64,000 nucleotides of DNA from the NCBI GenBank assembly GCA_045535515.1, contig JAZSLT010000017.1, positions 8,931 through 72,930 on the forward strand, written 5' to 3'. Positions 7,894 to 16,483 of the stretch are shown piece after piece; the first letter of the stretch is position 1; the number at the start of each line of letters is the position of its first letter. The translations under genes and the position numbers were made by a program. The stretch comes from Clostridia bacterium (GTDB lineage: Bacteria; Bacillota; Clostridia; UMGS1883; UMGS1540). The notes below the pieces were generated by a model, which was not told where the DNA came from, did no database searches, and worked only from the letters and a program-made list of their open reading frames with translations.

Positions 7894-8568
7894 TTATTTC
7901 TCCATCTCTCTTGTATTATATAATTCCTGCATTTCGGAAATGGGCTTTTGCATAATCTGTTCAATCATCTCGTCATAATCGCCGCGGTTGATTTCTTCTA
8001 CCCGGTTCTTAAGATGCTCTGTTTCGGGCGCAATATACTTGCCTACCAGACGGCGCGCCAGAAGGCCGACCATCGGATGGGAAATACCGGCCGGACAACG
8101 AACCGAGCAGCAGCCGCAGCCTACACAGTCAAACGATTCCTCGGCGCACTTTTCAAATTCGCCGCGCTGGGCGTAGGCTATATACTGCATTACATTCAGA
8201 CTCTGGGTACACGCCTTTGTACAGGCATTACAGCCGATGCAGCTGTAAATCTCCGGATAAAGCTCCATCATCACCTTCTGGTCGGGGCGTATTTCTTCTA
8301 TAGCATAAGTTCTCTTATCAGTCGGGAAGAACGGAATACTCGCCACATACATACCCTCCTGCACCTGCGTCTGGCAAGCTAAGCATGTTTTCAGCTCATT
8401 TTGCCCTTTGATGCGGTAGATAGTGGCACAGGCGCCGCAAAAGCCGTGACGGCAGCCGCATCCTCTTTTCAAGGTATACCCGGCATATTCCATGGCCGTC
8501 ATAATCGTCAAATCCGCCGGCACACTGTATTTCTTACCGAAAAAATATACATTTACCATATTTTCCAT
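7894..8568 (-). CDS. FrdB/SdhB-like iron-sulfur subunit (2Fe-2S plus two 4Fe-4S-type motifs)
   Basis: 224 aa with CGCRHGFCGAC...C, CIGCNACTKAC and CVGCGCCSVRCP motifs. Confidence 0.7.
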   Translation of the reverse strand: MENMVNVYFFGKKYSVPADLTIMTAMEYAGYTLKRGCGCRHGFCGACATIYRIKGQNELKTCLACQTQVQEGMYVASIPFFPTDKRTYAIEEIRPDQKVMMELYPEIYSCIGCNACTKACTQSLNVMQYIAYAQRGEFEKCAEESFDCVGCGCCSVRCPAGISHPMVGLLARRLVGKYIAPETEHLKNRVEEINRGDYDEMIEQIMQKPISEMQELYNTREMEK

Positions 8569-8591
8569 GTCTTTCCGCTCCTCTCTTAATA

Positions 8592-9440
8592 TTAGTTTGG
8601 CATTTCGTCTACTTCATCACAGCGGAACACCGGGCCGTCCTTGCAGACATATTTGGAGCCGATATTGCATCGGCCGCACTTGCCCACGCCGCATTTCATG
8701 CGAAGCTCCAGCGTTGTGTACACCTGTTCCTTGGAAAAACCAAGCTCCATAAGGCCCGCCAGCACAAACTTAATCATAATGGGGGGACCGCAGACGAGTG
8801 CCGTCTTATCGGTAGTAAAGCCGATTTCCTTGAGGTAGCTCGGAACAAAGCCTACATGGCCGTCCCAGCCCTCCTGCTCGCGGTCAATCGTCAGATAAAC
8901 ATTCACGCCTTCTGTTTTCTCCCAAACCTCGCGGATTTCTTGCAGCTGCACCAGGTCATCTGCCGAGCGCGAGCCGTAGAGAATATCAACTGTGCCGTAA
9001 TTTTCGCGATTATCCAGCACATAGTTTATCACGGAGCGAAGCGGTGCAAGGCCAATGCCGCCGGCAATAAACAGAAGGTTTTTGCCTTTCAGCTCTGTTT
9101 CTACGGGAAAGTGGTTGCCGTACGGCCCGCGCACCGTAATTTCGTCGCCTACGGAAAGGCCGTGGAGATAATCCGTCAGCTCTCCGCATTTTTTGATGCT
9201 AAATTCCTGAAACTCTTTATTCGTGGGCGAGGAGGTGATGGAGAACATCGCCTCCGAGATGCCGGGCACGCAAAGCATGGCACATTGGCCGGGCAGATGT
9301 TCAAAAAGCTTGCCGCCTTCGGGCGCGTTTACGCGGAAGGTCTTGACATCCGGTGTTTCCTGCCGGATATCCGTAATGATACCCACCTTGGGGATGAGCG
9401 TGTCTTCATAATACTGTGTATGGCAATTACATTCACACAT
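8592..9440 (-). CDS. FAD/NAD(P)H-binding oxidoreductase with C-terminal 2Fe-2S (FlxA / AsrB / PyrK-like)
   Basis: Ferredoxin-reductase fold with C-terminal CGVGKCGRC..C. Start moved to the ATG at 9440, which follows AGGAGGAG and abuts the upstream stop. Confidence 0.7.
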   Translation of the reverse strand: MCECNCHTQYYEDTLIPKVGIITDIRQETPDVKTFRVNAPEGGKLFEHLPGQCAMLCVPGISEAMFSITSSPTNKEFQEFSIKKCGELTDYLHGLSVGDEITVRGPYGNHFPVETELKGKNLLFIAGGIGLAPLRSVINYVLDNRENYGTVDILYGSRSADDLVQLQEIREVWEKTEGVNVYLTIDREQEGWDGHVGFVPSYLKEIGFTTDKTALVCGPPIMIKFVLAGLMELGFSKEQVYTTLELRMKCGVGKCGRCNIGSKYVCKDGPVFRCDEVDEMPN

Positions 9441-9441
9441 A

Positions 9442-10470
9442 TTATTTCTCCTCCTTCCCGGCAAACGCCTGCATGACCTTTACAATATTCAGCCCTGTGG
9501 GGCATTTTTCCACGCAGCGGCCGCAGCCTACGCAGGAGAACATACCGTCGTAATTAGCCGGATAATAAACGAGCTTGTGCATAAAGCGCTGGCGGTACCG
9601 TTGCATCTGGCTGGTGCGGTTGTTGCCGTGCGCCATCATGGTAAAATCGGAATACATACAGGAATCCCAGCAGCGATAGCGCTGTACGCCTTCGCCCGTC
9701 TTGTAATCTTTTATATCATAGCATTGGCAGGTGGGGCAGACAAAGGTACAGGTGCCGCACGCGATGCACGGCCTGTAAAGCTCTTCCCAAAGGGGAGAAT
9801 TAAACTTTTCCTTTTCCGCCTCTTTTCCCCAGCCCTCCGTTGTAAGCGAAGCATACGGAAGCTTTTTCATCATCGCGCGGATGCGTTCTCTTTCCTTTTC
9901 TGCTTCGCCTTCGTCGGCATCGGTAAAGAAGGCCGAAAGTCGCGCCGTCAGCGCCGTTCCCTTTTCGGTTTTGGCCTGCCAGTACAAGGTGTCCCCCACC
10001 ATGACCGTATCTACATCGGCACCGCCCTCGGCGCTGTCGATACCAAAGGTCGTACAAAAGCAGGTTTCCTCCGGTGTGCTGCAGGCCAGAGAAACGACGA
10101 TGCCGTGCTCTCTTCTCGCCTTATAAAACGAGTCCACCGGCTCGGAAAGAAATACATTGTCCAAAACGGCAAAGCCGCGGACATCACAGGCACGAACGCC
10201 AAACAAAACGAAGGTTTCGTCCATCCGCTCGCCCGGTGTTATCTTCATTTTTCCCTCTACTCTTTCGCAGGTATACAGCGTTTCGCTTTGCGGAAAAAAG
10301 ACATCTTTGGGGGATTTTACGGTTTTTAAGGTTTCGAGGTCTACCTCCGCCCCCTCGCTCCAGAGCGCAAAGTTTGTTACCTTTCCGCTTTTCACGGGTA
10401 CAAATAAGCTGGCCTCTTCGCAAATCGCGGCATAGAGCGCGGGGAGGTTTGCTTTTTCCATCTTTTTCAT
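9442..10470 (-). CDS. 4Fe-4S dicluster protein (FlxB / AsrA / sulfhydrogenase-beta-like)
   Basis: 342 aa with CIACGTCTFVCPTCQC and CVGCGRCVEKCP motifs. Confidence 0.65.
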   Translation of the reverse strand: MKKMEKANLPALYAAICEEASLFVPVKSGKVTNFALWSEGAEVDLETLKTVKSPKDVFFPQSETLYTCERVEGKMKITPGERMDETFVLFGVRACDVRGFAVLDNVFLSEPVDSFYKARREHGIVVSLACSTPEETCFCTTFGIDSAEGGADVDTVMVGDTLYWQAKTEKGTALTARLSAFFTDADEGEAEKERERIRAMMKKLPYASLTTEGWGKEAEKEKFNSPLWEELYRPCIACGTCTFVCPTCQCYDIKDYKTGEGVQRYRCWDSCMYSDFTMMAHGNNRTSQMQRYRQRFMHKLVYYPANYDGMFSCVGCGRCVEKCPTGLNIVKVMQAFAGKEEK

Positions 10471-10475
10471 TTCGG

Positions 10476-11450
10476 TCAGCTCCTTTCCCGAGCTTCGGAA
10501 GGCTCGATATCCTCTTTCGTAAATGCCGTGAGCGGCCCTTTTGTTTCCGCATCGGCACCGGCTTGATAGTCGCCGTAAAATTCGTTTATATCGGCAATCA
10601 GCTTGCGGTTAAAAAGGTGCAGCGGAATATTCTGCGGACAAACGCGGCTGCATTCGCCGCAATCGGTACACCGGCCTGCCACATGAAACGCGCGGATGAC
10701 ATGGAACATCTTTTCTTCAAAGGAATCGGTGTTCGCTTTTTGCGCGCTGTCAAACTTCGTGCTGTCAAACACGCACTTGCGGCAGCTGCACGCCGGGCAA
10801 ACATTCCGGCACGCATTACAGCGGATGCACCGGGAAAGCTCACTTTGGAAAAAGGCAAACTTTTCTTCGGGGCACATCGCCTCAATTTCGCGGACCTGTG
10901 CCAAGCGGTCTTCGTCTGCCGTTTCTTGGCTTTCGCCTATGATTTCATCATAAATTTTATGCTCCTTGCCCTTGCAGACATGGCAGCGCTCGAGCATCGC
11001 CTCGCGATACGGCATTTCTTTTTCGCCGTGCAGCGTCTTTATACAAAGGGTTTCGGAAGGGGCGAAGGCATCGGCACCTTCCACCGCCAAGATGCCGCGG
11101 ATACCGGCTTCTTTGATTTTCTCGCCGCTGATTTTGCCGCAGCAGCCTACGCCGATGATATACGCCTTATCGCGTAAAATGCGGTTTTCCTTCAAAAGCT
11201 GATTGAAACTATAAGTGTCACAAGGCTTTAAAAATACTAAGGTCCGGCCTTCCATTTTGGAGGCCTCTATCATATATTTACTGAGGTTTGCGCCGCAAAA
11301 GCCATCATATACAAAGTCTGCGAGCGCGGCTTCGGTTTCAAAGAAGGCCGGCTCGGGATTATACGCAAGGTCGCCCTTCTTCCAGCCCAGCACGCGCTGG
11401 ACGCTACCGTCTGCCAAAAGGGCCTTGGCGCGGTTTACTAATTCTTGCAT
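10476..11450 (-). CDS. Fe-S protein (FlxC-like)
   Basis: 324 aa with CIRCNACRNVCPACSC and CTDCGECSRVCP. The N-terminal half resembles FrhB-type domains. Confidence 0.6.
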   Translation of the reverse strand: MQELVNRAKALLADGSVQRVLGWKKGDLAYNPEPAFFETEAALADFVYDGFCGANLSKYMIEASKMEGRTLVFLKPCDTYSFNQLLKENRILRDKAYIIGVGCCGKISGEKIKEAGIRGILAVEGADAFAPSETLCIKTLHGEKEMPYREAMLERCHVCKGKEHKIYDEIIGESQETADEDRLAQVREIEAMCPEEKFAFFQSELSRCIRCNACRNVCPACSCRKCVFDSTKFDSAQKANTDSFEEKMFHVIRAFHVAGRCTDCGECSRVCPQNIPLHLFNRKLIADINEFYGDYQAGADAETKGPLTAFTKEDIEPSEARERS

Positions 11451-11875
11451 CTTAAATCCCCCAATCTTACATTTTCACCGAGAGAGCGGATTTTTTCTAC
11501 AAATTCGTTCATCACCGTAGAGAACTTCACGCCTTCTGCCGCCGATACCCATTCTACACGGGTACGGCCCTTCTCTACGCCGAGGTAGTCAAGGAGCGAG
11601 AAGAGCAGCGTCATTCTTCTTCTGGCGTAATAATTACCTGTGGAATAGTGGCAATCGCCGGGGTGACAGCCGCAGATAATCACCCCGTCCGCCCCCTTTT
11701 CAAAGGCGCGGAGAATGAACATGGGGTTGACTCTGCAGGAGCAGGGTACGCGGATGATTTTGACATCCGCCGGATACGCAAGACGGCTGCTGCCGGCAAG
11801 GTCTGCGCCTGCATAGCTGCACCAATTACAGCAAAAGGCAACGATTTTCGGTCTGAATTCTTTTTCTACCGGCAT
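11438..11875 (-). CDS. mvhD: MvhD / FlxD (methyl-viologen-reducing hydrogenase delta subunit family)
   Basis: 145 aa with IVAFCCNWCSYAGADLAG...VPCSCRV...IICGCHPGDCHY, the classic MvhD pattern. Confidence 0.85.
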   Translation of the reverse strand: MPVEKEFRPKIVAFCCNWCSYAGADLAGSSRLAYPADVKIIRVPCSCRVNPMFILRAFEKGADGVIICGCHPGDCHYSTGNYYARRRMTLLFSLLDYLGVEKGRTRVEWVSAAEGVKFSTVMNEFVEKIRSLGENVRLGDLRCKN

Positions 11876-13854
11876 ATAGCATCCACCTCCGCAATAATTT
11901 GTCTGTTGGAAAAGCCTTTAAGGTCCATCGCGCCGGAGGGACAGGCTACCGTACAGGCACCGCAGCCCTGACAAAGCGCGCCGTTTACCACCGCCACGCG
12001 TCTTGTTTCGCGGATGCCGTGGTCGTTTACTTCTTTCTCCTCGTAGCTGATAGCGCCGTAGGGACAGACATGCTGACATACGGAGCAGCCGTTACAAAGC
12101 AGAATGTCGGACTCGGCCGTGCACGGATTTGTGGTCAGCTTATCCTTCGCTAAAAGGCCGATAACCTTTACCGCCGCCGCACCGGCCTGCGAAACCGTTT
12201 CGGGAATATCCTTCGGTCCCTGACAGACGCCGGAGAGAAATACACCGGCTGTCGGCGATTCAACGGGGCGGAGCTTCGGATGGGCTTCTGTTAAAAAGTT
12301 ATTCGTATCAATACTGGCGGTGAGCATCGTGGCAATATTCCGCACCGAGGCGGAGGGCTCTATCGCCGTGGCCAGCACCACCATATCGGCCTTTATCTGC
12401 AGCTGCTTCTGGTCAAGAAGGTCGCTGCCCTGCACCAGGAGCGTGCCGTCCGGCTGGGGCACTACCTTGCCCACCTGCCCTTTTATATACTCAACGCCGT
12501 ATTCCTCCACGGCGCGGCGATAAAACTCATCAAAGTTCTTGCCGGGTGTACGCACATCAATATAAAACACCGTCACATGGACATCCGGATATTTATCGCG
12601 GATGAGCATGGCGTGCTTAGCCGTATACATACAGCAAATCTTGGAGCAATACGGCTTTCCTCTATGGTCATCACAGCGGCTGCCCACGCATTGGATAAAC
12701 ACAATTTCCTTCGGCGCCTTGCCGTCGGACAATCTCTCGAGATGTCCCTTTGTGGGGCCGGCGGCATTCATAATGCGCTCGAGCTCCAGCGAGGTGATAA
12801 CATCCGCACTCTCGTTATAGGCATATTCGCCGTATTTATCGAGGTTTATCGTATCAAAGCCTGTGGCTACCACAATGGCGCCATACTGCCGCGTGATGAT
12901 TTCGTCCTTCGCGGTATAATCAATCGCGCCGGCCTGACAAACCTTTTCGCAAAGGCCGCATTTGCCGGTTTTAAACTTTATGCAGTTTTCCCTGTCGATA
13001 ACCGGCACATTTGGGATAGCCTGTGCAAACGGCGTGTAAATCGCGCTTCGGGTGCCGAGGCCGCGGTTAAATTCGCTCTTGGCTTTCTTAGACGGACATT
13101 TTTCCTGGCAAACGCCGCATCCTGTGCATTTATTCATATCCACGCTTCTGGCCTTCTTCCGGATATCCACCGAAAAGTCGCCCACAAAGCCGGACACCTT
13201 TTCCACCTCACTATAGGTGAAAATATTGATTTTTTCGTGTGCTGCCGCCTCCACCATTTTCGGGGTGAGAATACAGGCGGAGCAGTCAAGCGTAGGGAAG
13301 GTCTTGTCAAGCTGGCTCATCCGGCCGCCGATACTGGGGGTTTTTTCCACAATATCTACTTCGTAGCCGGCGTCGGCAATATCCAGCGCCGTCTGAATAC
13401 CGGCAATACCGCCGCCAATGACGAGCGCGCGCTTTACAACGGCACTCTCGCCCGGCTCCAGATGCGTATTTAAATGCACCTTGGCAATCGCCGCGCGGGC
13501 TAAGATGATGGCCTTCTCCGTGGCTTCTTCTATATCCTTATGAATCCACGAGCATTGCTCGCGGATATTTGCAATCTCTACCATATAAGGGTTTAGGCCT
13601 GCACGCTCGGCCGCTTTGCGGAAGGTGGCCTCGTGCATACGGGGCGAGCAGGAGCAAACAACAATACCGCCTAAATTTTTCTCTTTTATGGCGGCGGCAA
13701 TCAGCGCCTGACCGGCCTCGGAGCACATATACGGATAGTCCTCCGCGTGTACAACGCCCTGTTCTTTTTTTGCGGCCTCCACCACGCGTTTTACATCTAC
13801 CGTTGCCGCAATATTACTGCCACAATGGCAAACGAATACACCGATTCTTTGCAT
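11866..13854 (-). CDS. hdrA: Heterodisulfide reductase subunit A-like flavoprotein
   Basis: 662 aa with an N-terminal Cys-rich domain (VFVCHCGSNIA), VIGGGIAGIQTALD FAD fold, several ferredoxin CxxCxxCxxxCP motifs and a C-terminal MvhD-like part. Confidence 0.85.
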   Translation of the reverse strand: MQRIGVFVCHCGSNIAATVDVKRVVEAAKKEQGVVHAEDYPYMCSEAGQALIAAAIKEKNLGGIVVCSCSPRMHEATFRKAAERAGLNPYMVEIANIREQCSWIHKDIEEATEKAIILARAAIAKVHLNTHLEPGESAVVKRALVIGGGIAGIQTALDIADAGYEVDIVEKTPSIGGRMSQLDKTFPTLDCSACILTPKMVEAAAHEKINIFTYSEVEKVSGFVGDFSVDIRKKARSVDMNKCTGCGVCQEKCPSKKAKSEFNRGLGTRSAIYTPFAQAIPNVPVIDRENCIKFKTGKCGLCEKVCQAGAIDYTAKDEIITRQYGAIVVATGFDTINLDKYGEYAYNESADVITSLELERIMNAAGPTKGHLERLSDGKAPKEIVFIQCVGSRCDDHRGKPYCSKICCMYTAKHAMLIRDKYPDVHVTVFYIDVRTPGKNFDEFYRRAVEEYGVEYIKGQVGKVVPQPDGTLLVQGSDLLDQKQLQIKADMVVLATAIEPSASVRNIATMLTASIDTNNFLTEAHPKLRPVESPTAGVFLSGVCQGPKDIPETVSQAGAAAVKVIGLLAKDKLTTNPCTAESDILLCNGCSVCQHVCPYGAISYEEKEVNDHGIRETRRVAVVNGALCQGCGACTVACPSGAMDLKGFSNRQIIAEVDAICR

Positions 13855-13860
13855 CCTTCC

Positions 13861-14250
13861 TCACCTCCTGTATCTTCGAAATGCGCTCACAAGCAGCTGC
13901 TGCGGCATTTTCTCATCTAAAAGCGCCGGAATTTCGTCAGGCGAAAGTCCCGTATTATCACGCTCGCGCACGACTATCTGGCGCGCCGCATCGATAAGCT
14001 TTGCCGGCTGCACATCGCGCGGGCAACGCTCCACGCAGGCAAAGCAGGAAAGGCATCGCCAGAGGGATTCTGATTTGGCCAGCGCCTCCACATCTCCACG
14101 AAGCACATAGGAAACAAACTGATGGGGCTTTATATCCATTTCGTTAAAGGACGGACAGGTAGCGGAGCATTTTCCGCATTTCATGCACTTATACGGGTTT
14201 ACACCGCTGATTTCGCGCACGCGTTCCACCTGTTTTTCTGCTGTGTTCAC
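13861..14250 (-). CDS. hdrC: Heterodisulfide reductase subunit C-like (2x 4Fe-4S)
   Basis: 129 aa with CMKCGKCSATCP and CLSCFACVERCP. GTG start preceded by AAGGAGG. Confidence 0.8.
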   Translation of the reverse strand: MNTAEKQVERVREISGVNPYKCMKCGKCSATCPSFNEMDIKPHQFVSYVLRGDVEALAKSESLWRCLSCFACVERCPRDVQPAKLIDAARQIVVRERDNTGLSPDEIPALLDEKMPQQLLVSAFRRYRR

Positions 14251-14253
14251 CCT

Positions 14254-15033
14254 CTACGCCTCCTTTACGCCGAGCGCCTCGGCCAAAAGCTCAGTAAAAT
14301 AATATACCGGCAATTTCTCGCTCTTATTTAAGTTATACATACAAAGGGGGCACGCAGTAAGGAGCATTTCGGCCCCAAAGCCTGCGGCGCTTTCCATGAT
14401 TTTTTCGCACATCGCACCGGCCGCCTCGCCGTCTTTTAAGGAAATATATCCGCCGCAGCATTCGTTGCGGTAGGCATAGGAAACAGGCTCTGCACCGATG
14501 GCGCGGATGAAATCCTCCATAATCGTCGGATTTTCCGGGTCATCAAATCCCATTATCTTCCCCGGACGAAGAAGCAGGCAACCGTAATAGGCGCCGATTT
14601 TCTTCCCGGTCAGGGGGTTTTTTACCTTCTTTTTCAGCTCGTCAAACCCGATTCTGTCGCGCAGTACCTCTAAAAAGTGCAGCACCTCGGTTTCGCCCAT
14701 ATACGGCTTTTCGTTTCCCATATATAAGTTGGCGGCATCGCGGATGCGAGGCACATTTTTCATGTCATCGTTCACGCGCACGAGAACATGGTGACACGCC
14801 GAGCAAAGCGTAACAAGCGTCTGCCCCTTTTCGCCGGCTGAAGCGAGCGCGCGCACGGAGGAAAGCTTGGTGGCAATTTCATCGCTTCCCAAAGGATACA
14901 CACCGCCGCAGCATTGCCAGTTTTCTATCTCTTCCAGTTCAAAGCCCAGCGCCTCGGCTGATTTTCTGGCGTAGGCGTCGAGCTCCTTCGCCTTTGTCCG
15001 CAGTGTGCAACCGGGATAATAGCTGTATTTCAT
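14254..15033 (-). CDS. hdrB: Heterodisulfide reductase subunit B-like (two CCG domains)
   Basis: 259 aa. It starts YYPGCTL and has two CCGG motifs (NWQCCGG, NECCGG). Confidence 0.8.
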   Translation of the reverse strand: MKYSYYPGCTLRTKAKELDAYARKSAEALGFELEEIENWQCCGGVYPLGSDEIATKLSSVRALASAGEKGQTLVTLCSACHHVLVRVNDDMKNVPRIRDAANLYMGNEKPYMGETEVLHFLEVLRDRIGFDELKKKVKNPLTGKKIGAYYGCLLLRPGKIMGFDDPENPTIMEDFIRAIGAEPVSYAYRNECCGGYISLKDGEAAGAMCEKIMESAAGFGAEMLLTACPLCMYNLNKSEKLPVYYFTELLAEALGVKEA

Positions 15034-15051
15034 GGTTTTCGCCCCTCTCTT

Positions 15052-15999
15052 TTAGCTAAGGTCCAGCTGATTGATAACGCCCTTTAAGACATCGGCGCTG
15101 TGATGCAGTTTTTTGTATTCTTCTTCACTCAGCGGTATAGGGAGCTTGCCGATAACACCGCCGGCGCCGATGCGCGTCAGCGTGCTGAGGCAAACATCCT
15201 CAAGGTCATACTCCCCGTGCATCATGGTAGAAACCGTTACGATGGAGGTTCTGGGTGCTACCAATATGCAGCAAAGGCGGCATACGCTCATGGCTACGGC
15301 ATAGTAGGTTGCCCCCTTGCCTTCAATAATGAGACCGCCGGATTTCCGTACTCTTTCTTCGATAAGCGCCGTATCCATCTCCGGCAGGTTATCGCCGCAG
15401 GCTCTGGCAAGGCGCGTATATTCCTCCACCCCTACTGTGGAAATCTGGGCGCAGGACCACGGCACGAAGGAAGTGTCTCCATGCTCACCGAAAACATAGG
15501 CATGGATACTTTTTTGCGCTACGCCAAAGTGCTCCGAAAGCGCATGGCGAAGGCGCGAGGTATCGAGAAGCGTGCCGGAGCCGAGAATCTGTCTCTCCGG
15601 AATGCCGGATTTTTTCTGGAATACATAGGTGATAATATCTACGGGATTACTTACAATAATATACATCGCATCCGGTGCCGCTGCCGCGATTTTCGGTGCG
15701 ATTTCCTTGATAACATCCACATTGGTCTGTGCAAGGTCAATACGGCTCTGCCCCGGTTTTCTCGCAATACCGGAGGTGATAATGACAATATCGGAGCCTT
15801 TCGCATCCGCATAATCACCGCTTGTAACGGAGATAGCATCGCGAAAACTTGTGCCCTGCATGATGTCCATAACCTCGCCACCGGCTTTTTTCTTATTGAT
15901 GTCAATCAGAACAATCTCCGTGGCAATACTTTCTGTAGAAAGTGTGTAAGCGATGGTGGAGCCAACGCTGCCGGCGCCAATGATAGTGATTTTACTCAT
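15052..15999 (-). CDS. LDH/MDH-family NAD-dependent 2-hydroxyacid dehydrogenase; predicted malate dehydrogenase specificity (Arg at the Q102 position)
   Basis: 315 aa with IIGAGSVGS NAD fold, the loop GIARKPGQSRIDL, and the catalytic GEHGD. Confidence 0.8.
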   Translation of the reverse strand: MSKITIIGAGSVGSTIAYTLSTESIATEIVLIDINKKKAGGEVMDIMQGTSFRDAISVTSGDYADAKGSDIVIITSGIARKPGQSRIDLAQTNVDVIKEIAPKIAAAAPDAMYIIVSNPVDIITYVFQKKSGIPERQILGSGTLLDTSRLRHALSEHFGVAQKSIHAYVFGEHGDTSFVPWSCAQISTVGVEEYTRLARACGDNLPEMDTALIEERVRKSGGLIIEGKGATYYAVAMSVCRLCCILVAPRTSIVTVSTMMHGEYDLEDVCLSTLTRIGAGGVIGKLPIPLSEEEYKKLHHSADVLKGVINQLDLS

Positions 16000-16055
16000 A
16001 TTCCTCGTCCTCTTTTCTATCGGCTTTCGCCTTCATTGCGGATATTCCTATATAC

Positions 16056-16084
16056 TTTATATCACATTGTCAAAACTTTATCAA
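16056..16084 (-). promoter_or_regulatory. Candidate promoter of the mdh-hdr-flx-frd-fum operon
   Basis: On the minus strand: TTGATA (16079-16084), 17 nt, TATAAA (16056-16061), about 55 nt upstream of the start codon. Confidence 0.35.
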
Positions 16085-16277
16085 GCTTTTTCGCAAAGAA
16101 AACGCAAAAAATTGATAAAAATGTCACAATGTTTGAAATCATCTCTTCTTTTTTGCGTTTTTTTGTCGATATTTTACCGATTTCCGCGCCCCCAGGGGCG
16201 CCTTTCTCAGTATAACAGAAACCTGTTTTTATTGCAAGTTTCCGGCATCGGGAATTTATGCAAAGGGAGGGAAGCTT

Positions 16278-16445
16278 TTATTCCTCCACGGTGTAAGAAA
16301 ACATTTCGTAGCGAAGGCGCGTTCCCTCGTCCACACCCTCCGGCAAAAGTGCCAGCGCGATAAAGACCTCGCTTCCCGTCTCTTCTTCCTGCAAATAGGC
16401 ATATTCGCCTTCTATTCTGTTTATGATGTAATTTTTCGGTTCCAC
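16278..16445 (-). CDS. Small DUF3006-like protein (55 aa); not in the supplied ORF track
   Basis: GTG start preceded by AGGAG. The translation is (M)EPKNYIINRIEGEYAYLQEEETGSEVFIALALLPEGVDEGTRLRYEMFSYTVEE. This resembles the DUF3006 pattern (xxRIEGdyAvle...LP.g..EG). Confidence 0.5.
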   Translation of the reverse strand: MEPKNYIINRIEGEYAYLQEEETGSEVFIALALLPEGVDEGTRLRYEMFSYTVEE

Positions 16446-16483
16446 CTTTTTTCTCCTGTCTTATCAGATTTCTTTGGCCGTTT

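Noticed and set aside
15052-15999. A straightforward 'L-lactate dehydrogenase' call.
   Set aside because: The specificity-loop residue equivalent to Gln102 is Arg (ARKPGQSR) and the operon context is malate/fumarate metabolism. It was kept as an LDH/MDH-family protein with predicted MDH specificity.
16183-16203. GC-rich hairpin GCGCCCC-CAG-GGGCGC between the DUF3006-like ORF and the mdh promoter region.
   Set aside because: It has no adjacent U-run on the minus strand and only a weak one on the plus strand, where there is no gene to terminate. Its function cannot be supported.
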